From a virus (taxonomy: Duplodnaviria; Heunggongvirae; Uroviricota; Caudoviricetes), in the IMG/VR virus record IMGVR_UViG_2541047170_000006: a DNA stretch of 12,874 nt; one strand, written 5' to 3'. Under the pieces are notes generated by a model. That model saw only the letters and a program-made list of their open reading frames with translations. It searched no databases and was not told where the DNA came from. Made by a program: the position numbers and the translations under genes. Shown in pieces: positions 1 to 10,863 of this stretch (position 1 is its first letter; every line of letters starts with the position of its first letter).

Positions 1-287
1 ACGCTGAAAAATTTCCTGAACCTTTCAGATCAAGAGCGATGTTAATTTGTTCAATCATCTGGTTTGGAAATCGGATGTTGCGGGTTGTTGTTCTGCGGGT
101 TCTGTTCTTTGATGACATAATGTTGCCCCATATTCAGTGTTGCTGATTTGTATTATCTGAAGTTGCTTTTACGTTAATTTGATGCAGATCAATTAATACG
201 ATACCTGCGTCATAATTGATTATTTGACGTGGTTTGATGGCGTAGATGCACGTTGTGACATGTAGATGATAATTATTATCATTTTGC

Positions 288-301
288 GGGTCCTTTCCGG
301 C
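288..301 (+). other. cosQ: cosQ-like element upstream of cosN (packaging termination signal)
   Basis: GGGTCCTTTCCGGC lies about 17-30 bp upstream of the cohesive-end 12-mer, where lambda carries cosQ; the surrounding 60 bp resembles the lambda right end as I recall it. Exact extent is uncertain. Confidence 0.4.
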
Positions 302-311
302 GATCCGACCG

Positions 312-335
312 GTTACGGGGCGGCGACCTCGCGGG
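312..335 (+). other. cosN: cosN, terminase nicking site containing the 12-nt cohesive-end sequence
   Basis: GGGCGGCGACCT at 318-329 is the lambda cohesive-end 12-mer, in the context GGTTACG / GGGCGGCGACCT / CGCGGG. Sequence to about 362 matches the lambda left end from memory. It sits about 190 bp upstream of the terminase small-subunit gene. Confidence 0.85.
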
Positions 336-364
336 TTTTCGCTATTTATGAAAATTTTCCGGGG

Positions 365-380
365 AAAATCATGTCGGTAC
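365..380 (+). repeat. R3-like repeat (AAAATCATGTCGGTAC)
   Basis: Core TCATGTCGG at 369-377, exactly 100 bp upstream of the same core in the R1-like copy (469-477). Confidence 0.55.
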
Positions 381-425
381 TTCTCGAACATAACTATTTG
401 TTTTTTCTAATATCGAATCCGTAAA

Positions 426-440
426 GGTCCGACATGAAAA
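426..440 (-). repeat. R2-like repeat, inverted orientation
   Basis: 426-439 (GGTCCGACATGAAA) is the perfect reverse complement of 467-480 (TTTCATGTCGGACC), a 14-bp inverted repeat with a 27-bp spacer. Confidence 0.55.
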
Positions 441-465
441 CGCCTGAAAAAGTCATTTTCGGGCA

Positions 466-480
466 CTTTCATGTCGGACC
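466..480 (+). repeat. R1-like repeat (CTTTCATGTCGGACC)
   Basis: Direct copy of the R3-like core and inverted partner of the R2-like copy; ends 24 bp before the Nu1 ATG. Confidence 0.55.
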
Positions 481-504
481 CTGTATTTGTTGTGAGACTG
501 TTTC

Positions 505-1024
505 ATGAAGGTTAATAAAAAGAAACTTGCCGAAATTTTCAACGTGGATCCGCGAACGATTGAACGCTGGCAGTCTCAGGGGCTCCCTTGCGTCTCCGGA
601 GGTGGTAAGGGCGTTGAATCTGTATTTGATACCGCCACGGCAATTCAGTGGTATGCGCAGAGGGAAGCTGATATCGAAAATGAAAAACTCCGTAAAGAGG
701 TTGAGGATTACAGGGCTGCCAGCGAGGCAGATCTCCAGCCTGGGACTATTGAGTACGAATGCCATCGACTTACGCGTGCGCAGGCTGACGCCCAGGAGCT
801 GAAGAATGCCAGAGACTCCGCAGAAGTGGTGGAAACCGCATTCTGTACTTTCGTGCTGTCACGGATCGCAGGTGAAATTGCCAGTATTCTCGACGGGATC
901 CCCCTGTCGGTGCAGCGGCGTTTTCCGGAACTGGAAAACCGACATGTTGATTTCCTGAAACGGGATATTATCAAAGCCATGAACAAAGCAGCCGCGCTGG
1001 ATGAACTGATACCGGGGTTGCTGA

Positions 1025-1050
<26 letters not shown>
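505..1050 (+). CDS. Nu1: Terminase small subunit (gpNu1-like)
   Basis: ORF of 181 aa, ATG at 505, stop at 1048-1050. From about residue 73 (…[14 protein letters not shown]… to …SEYIEQSG) it matches lambda gpNu1 as recalled. The N-terminal ~70 aa are homologous but clearly divergent ([22 protein letters not shown]…GGGKG, a winged-HTH-type DNA-binding domain). First gene after cos; overlaps A by 26 nt. Confidence 0.93.
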
Positions 1051-4731
<3,681 letters not shown>

Positions 4732-4751
<20 letters not shown>

Positions 4752-6051
4752 TCTCCCGCATATTGCCAGCATGGCTTTTAATGAGCCGCTGATGCTTGAA
4801 CCCGCCTATGCGCGGGTTTTCTTTTGTGCGCTTGCAGGCCAGCTTGGGATCAGCCGCCTGACGGATGCAGTATCCGGCGACAGCCTGACTGCCGGAGAGG
4901 CACCCGCGGCGCTGGCGTTATCCGGTGATGATGACGGACCACGACAGGCCCGGAGTTATCAGGTCATGAACGGCATCGCCGTGCTGCCGGTGTCCGGTAC
5001 GCTGGTCAGCCGGACGCGGGCGCTGCAGCCGTATTCGGGAATGACCGGTTACAACGGCATTATCGCCCGTCTGCAACAGGCTGCCAGCGATCCGATGGTG
5101 GACGGCATTCTGCTCGATATGGACACACCGGGCGGGATGGTGGCGGGAGCATTTGACTGTGCTGACATCATCGCCCGTGTGCGAGACATAAAACCGGTAT
5201 GGGCGCTGGCCAACGACATGAACTGCAGTGCAGGTCAGCTGCTTGCCAGCGCCGCCTCCCGGCGTCTGGTCACGCAGACCGCCCGGACAGGCTCCATCGG
5301 CGTCATGATGGCTCACAGTAATTACGGTGCTGCCCTGGAGAAACAGGGCGTGGAAATCACGCTGATTTACAGCGGCAGCCATAAGGTGGATGGCAACCCC
5401 TACAGCCATCTACCGGGTGATGTCCGGGAAACACTGCAGTCCCGGATGGATGCAACCCGCCGGATGTTTGCGCAGAAGGTGTCGGCATATACCGGCCTGT
5501 CCGTGCAGGCTGTGCTGGATACCGAGGCTGCAGTGTACAGCGGTCAGGAGGCCATTGATGCCGGACTGGCTGATGAACTTGTCAACAGCACCGATGCGAT
5601 CACCGTTATGCGTGATGCACTGGATGCACGTAAATCCCGTCTCTCAGGAGGGCGAATGACCAAAGAGACTCAATCAACAACTGTTTCAGCCACTGCTTCG
5701 CAGGCTGACGTTACTGGCGTGGTGCCAGCGACGGAGGGCGAAAACGCCAGCGCGGCGCAGCCGGACGTGAACGCGCAGATCACCGCTGCGGTTGCGGCAG
5801 AAAACAGCCGCATTATGGGGATCCTCAACTGTGAGGAGGCTCACGGACGCGAAGAACAGGCCCGCGTGCTGGCAGAAACCCCCGGTATGACCGTGGAAAC
5901 GGCCCGCCGCATTCTGGCCGCAGCACCACAGAGTGCACAGGCGCGCAGTGATACTGCGCTGGATCGTCTGATGCAGGGGGCACCGGCACCGCTGGCTGCA
6001 GGTAACCCGGCATCTGATGCCGTTAACGATTTGCTGAACACACCAGTGTAA
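4732..6051 (+). CDS. C: Prohead protease (gpC-like, ClpP/S49-type serine protease)
   Basis: GTG start at 4732 preceded by GGAGGAG (4721-4727); 439 aa (VTAELRNLPHIASMAFNEPLMLEPAYA…), matching lambda gpC in length and sequence as recalled. Overlaps the end of B by 20 nt. The 484-aa ORF from the upstream ATG at 4597 is rejected as the start. Confidence 0.9.
5446..6051 (+). CDS. Nu3: Scaffolding protein (gpNu3-like), nested in-frame in the 3' part of C
   Basis: In-frame ATG at 5446 (MDATRRMFAQKV…) shares reading frame and stop with C and gives 201 aa, exactly the lambda C/Nu3 nested arrangement. No strong SD is visible, so the call relies on homology to the lambda arrangement. Confidence 0.8.
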   Translation: MDATRRMFAQKVSAYTGLSVQAVLDTEAAVYSGQEAIDAGLADELVNSTDAITVMRDALDARKSRLSGGRMTKETQSTTVSATASQADVTGVVPATEGENASAAQPDVNAQITAAVAAENSRIMGILNCEEAHGREEQARVLAETPGMTVETARRILAAAPQSAQARSDTALDRLMQGAPAPLAAGNPASDAVNDLLNTPV

Positions 6052-6060
6052 GGGATGTTT

Positions 6061-6393
6061 ATGACGAGCAAAGAAACCTTTACCCATTACCAGCCGCTGG
6101 GCAACAGTGACCCGGCTCATACCGCAACCGCGCCCGGCGGATTGAGTGCGAAAGCGCCTGCAATGACCCCGCTGATGCTGGACACCTCCAGCCGTAAGCT
6201 GGTTGCGTGGGATGGCACCACCGACGGTGCTGCCGTTGGCATTCTTGCGGTTGCTGCTGACCAGACCAGCACCACGCTGACGTTCTACAAGTCCGGCACG
6301 TTCCGTTATGAGGATGTGCTCTGGCCGGAGGCTGCCAGCGACGAGACGAAAAAACGGACCGCGTTTGCCGGAACGGCAATCAGCATCGTTTAA
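6061..6393 (+). CDS. D: Head decoration protein (gpD-like)
   Basis: 110 aa from ATG 6061 ([27 protein letters not shown]…AISIV), with AAGGGA upstream and TAA at 6391-6393; matches lambda gpD as recalled. The ATG at 6055 would add only MF and is not preferred. Confidence 0.93.
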   Translation: MTSKETFTHYQPLGNSDPAHTATAPGGLSAKAPAMTPLMLDTSSRKLVAWDGTTDGAAVGILAVAADQTSTTLTFYKSGTFRYEDVLWPEAASDETKKRTAFAGTAISIV

Positions 6394-6410
6394 CCTGACC
6401 CTTCATCACT

Positions 6411-6436
6411 AAAGGCCGCCTGTGCGGCTTTTTTTA
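6411..6436 (+). terminator. Intrinsic-terminator-like hairpin in the D-E intergenic region
   Basis: AAAGGCCGCCTGTGCGGCTTTTTTT: GCCGC (6415-6419) pairs with GCGGC (6424-6428) over a CTGT loop, extended by A/U pairs, followed by a run of 7 T (6429-6435). On the sense strand of the late operon. Confidence 0.5.
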
Positions 6437-6448
6437 CGGGATTTTTTT

Positions 6449-7474
6449 ATGTCGATGTACACAACCGCCCAACTGCTGGCGGCAAATGAGCAGAAATTTA
6501 AGTTTGATCCGCTGTTTCTGCGTCTCTTTTTCCGTGAGAGCTATCCCTTCACCACGGAGAAAGTCTATCTCTCACAAATTCCGGGACTGGTAAACATGGC
6601 GCTGTACGTTTCGCCGATTGTTTCTGGTGAGGTTATCCGTTCCCGTGGCGGCTCCACCTCTGAATTTACGCCGGGATATGTCAAGCCGAAGCATGAAGTG
6701 AATCCGCAGATGACCCTGCGTCGCCTGCCGGATGAAGATCCGCAGAATCTGGCGGACCCGGCTTACCGCCGCCGTCGCATCATCATGCAGAACATGCGTG
6801 ACGAAGAGCTGGCCATTGCTCAGGTCGAAGAGATGCAGGCAGTTTCTGCCGTGCTCAAGGGCAAATACACCATGACCGGTGAAGCCTTCGATCCGGTTGA
6901 GGTGGATATGGGCCGCAGTGCGGCGAACAACATCACGCAGTCCGGCGGCACGGAGTGGAGCAAGCGTGACAAGTCCACGTATGACCCGACCGACGATATC
7001 GAAGCCTACGCGCTGAACGCCAGCGGCGTGGTGAATATCATCGTGTTTGACCCGAAAGGCTGGGCGCTGTTCCGTTCCTTCAAAGCCGTCAGGGAGAAGC
7101 TGGATACCCGTCGCGGCTCTCATTCCGAACTGGAGACAGCGGTAAAAGACCTGGGCAAAGCGGTGTCTTATAAGGGAATGTATGGCGATGTGGCCATCGT
7201 CGTGTATTCCGGACAGTACGTGGAAAACGGCGTCAAAAAGAACTTCCTGCCGGACAACACGATGGTGCTGGGGAACACTCAGGCACGCGGTCTGCGCACC
7301 TATGGCTGCATTCAGGATGCGGACGCACAGCGCGAAGGCATTAACGCCTCTGCCCGTTACCCGAAAAACTGGGTGACCACCGGCGATCCGGCGCGTGAGT
7401 TCACCATGATTCAGTCAGCACCGCTGATGCTGCTGGCTGACCCTGATGAGTTCGTGTCCGTACAACTGGCGTAA
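6449..7474 (+). CDS. E: Major capsid protein (gpE-like, HK97 fold)
   Basis: 341 aa from ATG 6449 (MSMYTTAQLLAANEQKFKFDPLFLRLFFRESYPF…EFVSVQLA), matching lambda gpE as recalled; the upstream ATG at 6422 lies inside the hairpin and T-run and is rejected. Confidence 0.95.
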   Translation: MSMYTTAQLLAANEQKFKFDPLFLRLFFRESYPFTTEKVYLSQIPGLVNMALYVSPIVSGEVIRSRGGSTSEFTPGYVKPKHEVNPQMTLRRLPDEDPQNLADPAYRRRRIIMQNMRDEELAIAQVEEMQAVSAVLKGKYTMTGEAFDPVEVDMGRSAANNITQSGGTEWSKRDKSTYDPTDDIEAYALNASGVVNIIVFDPKGWALFRSFKAVREKLDTRRGSHSELETAVKDLGKAVSYKGMYGDVAIVVYSGQYVENGVKKNFLPDNTMVLGNTQARGLRTYGCIQDADAQREGINASARYPKNWVTTGDPAREFTMIQSAPLMLLADPDEFVSVQLA

Positions 7475-7476
7475 TC

Positions 7477-7501
7477 ATGGCCCTTCGGGGCCATTGTTTT
7501 T
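7477..7501 (+). terminator. Stem-loop with UUCG-type tetraloop and downstream T-run, 3 nt after the E stop
   Basis: ATGGCCC (7477-7483), TTCG loop (7484-7487), GGGCCAT (7488-7494): a perfect 7-bp GC-rich stem, followed by TGTTTTT (7495-7501). Confidence 0.5.
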
Positions 7502-7515
7502 CTGTGGAGGAGTCC

Positions 7516-7914
7516 ATGACGAAAGATGAACTGATTGCCCGTCTCCGCTCGCTGGGTGAACAACTGAACCGTGATGTCAGCCTGACGGGGACGAAAGAAG
7601 AACTGGCGCTCCGTGTGGCAGAGCTGGAAGAGGAGCTTGATGACACGGATGAAACTGCCGGTCAGGACACCCCTCTCAGCCGGGAAAATGTGCTGACCGG
7701 ACATGAAAATGAGGTGGGATCAGCGCAGCCGGATACCGTGATTCTGGATACGTCTGAACTGGTCACGGTCGTGGCACTGGTGAAGCTGCATACTGATGCA
7801 CTTCACGTCACGCGGGATGAACCTGTGGCATTTGTGCTGCCGGGAACGGCGTTTCGTGTCTCTGCCGGTGTGGCAGCCGAAATGACAGAGCGCGGCCTGG
7901 CCAGAATGCAATAA
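7516..7914 (+). CDS. FI: DNA packaging accessory protein (gpFI-like)
   Basis: 132 aa from ATG 7516, preceded by GGAGGAG (7506-7512); MTKDELIARLRSLGEQLNRDVSLTGTKEELALRVAELEEELDD… matches lambda gpFI as recalled. Confidence 0.93.
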   Translation: MTKDELIARLRSLGEQLNRDVSLTGTKEELALRVAELEEELDDTDETAGQDTPLSRENVLTGHENEVGSAQPDTVILDTSELVTVVALVKLHTDALHVTRDEPVAFVLPGTAFRVSAGVAAEMTERGLARMQ

Positions 7915-7925
7915 CGGGAGGCGCT

Positions 7926-8279
7926 GTGGCTGATTTCGATAACCTGTTCGATGCTGCCATTGCCCGCGCCGATGAAACGATACGCGGGTACATGGGAACG
8001 TCAGCCACCATGACATCCGGTGAGCAGTCCGGCGCAGTAATACGTGGTGTTTTTGATGACCCTGAAAATATCAGCTATGCCGGACAGGGCGTGCGTGTTG
8101 AAGGCTCCAGCCCGTCCCTGTTTGTCCGGACTGATGATGTGCGGCAACTGCGGCGTGGAGACACGCTGACCATCGGTGAGGAAAACTTCTGGATAGACCG
8201 GATTTCGACGGATGATGGCGGAAGCTGTCATCTCTGGCTTGGGCGGGGCGTACCGCCTGCCGTTAACCGTCGTCGCTGA
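7926..8279 (+). CDS. FII: Head-tail joining protein (gpFII-like)
   Basis: 117 aa from GTG 7926, preceded by GGGAGG; sequence (ADFDNLFDAAIARADETIRGYMGT…) matches lambda gpFII as recalled. Confidence 0.92.
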   Translation: MADFDNLFDAAIARADETIRGYMGTSATMTSGEQSGAVIRGVFDDPENISYAGQGVRVEGSSPSLFVRTDDVRQLRRGDTLTIGEENFWIDRISTDDGGSCHLWLGRGVPPAVNRRR

Positions 8280-8290
8280 AGGGGGGATGT

Positions 8291-8869
8291 ATGGCCATAA
8301 AAGGTCTTGAGCAGGCCGTTGAAAACCTCAGTCGTATCAGCAAAACGGCGGTGCCTGGTGCGTCAGCAATGGCCATTAACCGCGTTGCTTCATCCGCGAT
8401 ATCGCAGTCGGCGTCACAGGTTGCCCGTGAGACAAGAGTACGCCGGAAACTGGTAAAGGAAAGGGCCAGGCTGAAAAGGGCCACGGTTAAAAATCCGCAG
8501 GCCAGAATCAAGGTTAACCGGGGGGATTTGCCCGTAATCAAGCTGGGTAACGCGCGGGTTGTCCTGTCCCGACGCAGGCGTCGTAAAAAGGGGCAGCGTT
8601 CATCCCTGAAAGGTGGCGGCAGCGTGCTTGTGGTGGGAAACCGTCGTATTCCCGGCGCGTTTATTCAGCAACTGAAAAATGGCCGGTGGCATGTCATGCA
8701 GCGTGTGGCCGGGAAAAACCGTTACCCCATTGATGTGGTGAAAATCCCGATGGCGGTGCCGCTGACCACGGCGTTTAAACAGAATATTGAGCGGATACGG
8801 CGTGAACGTCTTCCGAAAGAGCTGGGCTATGCGCTGCAGCATCAACTGAGAATGGTAATAAAGCGATGA
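8291..8869 (+). CDS. Z: Tail completion protein (gpZ-like)
   Basis: 192 aa from ATG 8291, preceded by GAAGGGGGG; basic protein matching lambda gpZ in position and length; ATGA overlap with U. Confidence 0.92.
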   Translation: MAIKGLEQAVENLSRISKTAVPGASAMAINRVASSAISQSASQVARETRVRRKLVKERARLKRATVKNPQARIKVNRGDLPVIKLGNARVVLSRRRRRKKGQRSSLKGGGSVLVVGNRRIPGAFIQQLKNGRWHVMQRVAGKNRYPIDVVKIPMAVPLTTAFKQNIERIRRERLPKELGYALQHQLRMVIKR

Positions 8870-9261
8870 AACATACTGAACTCCGTGCAGCCGTACTGGA
8901 TGCACTGGAGAAGCATGACACCGGGGCGACGTTTTTTGATGGTCGCCCCGCTGTTTTTGATGAGGCGGATTTTCCGGCAGTTGCCGTTTATCTCACCGGC
9001 GCTGAATACACGGGCGAAGAGCTGGACAGCGATACCTGGCAGGCGGAGCTGCATATCGAAGTTTTCCTGCCTGCTCAGGTGCCGGATTCAGAGCTGGATG
9101 CGTGGATGGAGTCCCGGATTTATCCGGTGATGAGCGATATCCCGGCACTATCAGATTTGATCACCAGTATGGTGGCCAGTGGCTATGACTACCGGCGCGA
9201 CGATGATGCGGGCCTGTGGAGTTCAGCCGATCTGACTTATGTCATTACCTATGAAATGTGA
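8866..9261 (+). CDS. U: Tail tube terminator protein (gpU-like)
   Basis: 131 aa ([54 protein letters not shown]…) matching lambda gpU as recalled. Confidence 0.93.
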   Translation: MKHTELRAAVLDALEKHDTGATFFDGRPAVFDEADFPAVAVYLTGAEYTGEELDSDTWQAELHIEVFLPAQVPDSELDAWMESRIYPVMSDIPALSDLITSMVASGYDYRRDDDAGLWSSADLTYVITYEM

Positions 9262-9268
9262 GGACGAT

Positions 9269-10009
9269 ATGCCAACACCAAATCCTCTGGCACCGGTGAA
9301 AGGGGCCGGGACCACACTGTGGGTTTATAACGGGAACGGCGACCCATATGCAAACCCGCTTTCAGACAATGACTGGTCGCGTCTGGCAAAGGTTAAAGAC
9401 CTGACGCCCGGCGAACTGACCGCTGAGTCCTATGACGACAGTTATCTCGATGATGAAGATGCGGACTGGGCCGCGACCGGACAGGGGCAGAAATCCGCTG
9501 GAGATACCAGCTTCACGCTGGCGTGGATGCCCGGAGAGCAGGGGCAGCAGGCGCTGCTGGCGTGGTTTAATGAAGGTGATACCCGTGCCTATAAAATCCG
9601 CTTCCCGAACGGCACGGTCGATGTGTTCCGCGGCTGGGTCAGCAGTATCGGTAAGGCGGTGACGGCGAAGGAAGTGATCACCCGCACGGTGAAAGTCACC
9701 AACGTGGGACGTCCGTCGATGGCAGAAGATCGCAGCACGGTAACAGCGGCAACCGGCATGACCGTGACGCCTGCCAGCACCTCGGTGGTGAAAGGGCAGA
9801 GCACGACGCTGACCGTGGCATTCCAGCCGGAAGGCGCAACCGACAAGAGCTTCCGTGCGGTGTCTGCGGATAAAACAAAAGCCACCGTGTCGGTCAGTGG
9901 TATGACCATCACCGTGAAAGGTGTTGCTGCAGGCAAGGTCAACATTCCGGTCGTATCCGGTAATGGTGAGTTTGCTGCGGTTGCAGAAATCAACGTCACC
10001 GCCAGTTAA
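9269..10009 (+). CDS. V: Major tail tube protein (gpV-like) with C-terminal Ig-like domain
   Basis: 246 aa from ATG 9269, preceded by GAGGA; [31 protein letters not shown]… matches lambda gpV as recalled. C-terminal ~85 aa ([54 protein letters not shown]…) has the Big_2/Ig-like signature. The upstream ATG at 9239 is rejected. Confidence 0.94.
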   Translation: MPTPNPLAPVKGAGTTLWVYNGNGDPYANPLSDNDWSRLAKVKDLTPGELTAESYDDSYLDDEDADWAATGQGQKSAGDTSFTLAWMPGEQGQQALLAWFNEGDTRAYKIRFPNGTVDVFRGWVSSIGKAVTAKEVITRTVKVTNVGRPSMAEDRSTVTAATGMTVTPASTSVVKGQSTTLTVAFQPEGATDKSFRAVSADKTKATVSVSGMTITVKGVAAGKVNIPVVSGNGEFAAVAEINVTAS

Positions 10010-10024
10010 TCCGGAGAATCAGCG

Positions 10025-10447
10025 ATGTTCCTGAAAACCGAATCATTTGAACATAACGGCGTGACCGTCACGCTTTCTGAACTGTCAGCCCTGCAGCGTA
10101 TTGAGCATCTCGCCCTGATGAAACGGCAGGCAGAACAGGCGGAGTCAGACAGCAACCGGAAGTTTACTGTGGAAGACGCCATCAGAACCGGCGCTTTTGT
10201 GGTGGCGATGTCCCTGTGGCATAACCATCCGAAGAAGACGCAGATGCCGTCCATGAATGAAGCCGTTAAACAGATTGAGCAGGAAGTGCTTACCACCTGG
10301 CCCGCGGAGGCAATTTCTCATGCTGAAAACGTGGTGTACCGGCTGTCCGGTATGTATGAGTTTGTGGTGAATGATGCCCCTGAACAGGCAGAGGACGCCG
10401 GGCCTGCAGAGCCTGTTTCTGCGGGAAAGTGTTCGACGGTGAGCTGA
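10025..10447 (+). CDS. G: Tail assembly chaperone (gpG-like)
   Basis: 140 aa from ATG 10025, preceded by GGAGAA; MFLKTESFEHNGVTVTLSELSALQRIEHLALMKRQAEQ… matches lambda gpG; ends 6 codons after the slippery site. Confidence 0.93.
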   Translation: MFLKTESFEHNGVTVTLSELSALQRIEHLALMKRQAEQAESDSNRKFTVEDAIRTGAFVVAMSLWHNHPKKTQMPSMNEAVKQIEQEVLTTWPAEAISHAENVVYRLSGMYEFVVNDAPEQAEDAGPAEPVSAGKCSTVS

Positions 10448-10863
10448 GTTTTGCCCTGAAACTGGCGCGCGAGATGGGGCGACCCGACTGGCGTGCCATG
10501 CTTGCCGGGATGTCATCCACGGAGTATGCCGACTGGCACCGCTTTTACAGTACCCATTATTTTCATGATGTTCTGCTGGATATGCACTTTTCCGGGCTGA
10601 CGTACACCGTGCTCAGCCTGTTTTTCAGCGATCCGGATATGCATCCGCTGGATTTCAGTCTGCTGAACCGGCGTGAGGCTGACGAAGAGCCTGAAGATGA
10701 TGTGCTGATGCAGAAAGCGGCAGGGCTTGCTGGAGGCGTTCGTTTTGGCCCGGACGGGAATGAAGTTATCCCCGCTTCCCCGGATGTGGCGGACATGACG
10801 GAGGATGACGTAATGCTGATGACAGTATCAGAAGGGATCGCAGGAGGAGTCCGGTATGGCTGA
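10025..10863 (+). CDS. T: Tail assembly chaperone G-T fusion made by programmed -1 ribosomal frameshift
   Basis: Slippery heptamer G_GGA_AAG at 10423-10429 in the G frame. The -1 frame is open from there to TGA at 10861-10863 (VFDGELSFALKLAREMGRPDWRAMLAGMSSTEYADWHRFY…), matching the lambda G/GT arrangement. Joined coordinates are 10025..10428 plus 10428..10863. Confidence 0.85.
10423..10429 (+). promoter_or_regulatory. -1 programmed ribosomal frameshift slippery site (GGGAAAG)
   Basis: X_XXY_YYZ heptamer in the zero frame of G, 16 nt before the G stop codon, with a long open -1 frame downstream. Confidence 0.85.

Larger units (their letters stand above)
363..485 (+). other. cosB: cosB-like terminase small-subunit binding region (non-lambda sequence type)
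   Basis: Between cosN and the Nu1 start, three copies of a TCATGTCGG core in direct-inverted-direct arrangement with an AT-rich spacer. This matches the R3-I1-R2-R1 architecture of lambda cosB but with a different sequence. Confidence 0.6.

Noticed and set aside
1-57. Possible start of a minus-strand ORF running off the left edge (ATG at 57-55 on the minus strand, about 19 codons visible)
   Set aside because: Too short to evaluate and no gene is expected at this position in the lambda right end; it cannot be supported from 57 nt.
134-391. 85-aa minus-strand ORF spanning the cos site
   Set aside because: It crosses cosN, so it would be interrupted in virion DNA. It has no RBS or recognisable domain and lies in the AT-rich terminal non-coding region, so it is most likely a chance ORF.
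527-802. Alternative-frame + strand ORFs overlapping Nu1, A, B, C and V (for example 527-802, 1120-1314, 3205-3558, 3571-3912, 9432-9662)
   Set aside because: Out-of-frame overlaps with the genes above; translations are Arg/Ser/Cys-rich low-complexity sequences typical of off-frame reads.
7401-7646. Serine-run ORF (MSSSSSSSSATRSASSS…) on the minus strand
   Set aside because: Antisense to the GAG/GAA-rich acidic segment of FI (EELALRVAELEEELDD); a compositional artefact.
10429-10863. ORF-track entry treating 10429-10863 as an independent 144-aa gene starting at GTG
   Set aside because: It has no RBS of its own and begins exactly at the slippery heptamer; it is the -1 frameshift extension of G (the T segment), not a separately initiated gene.
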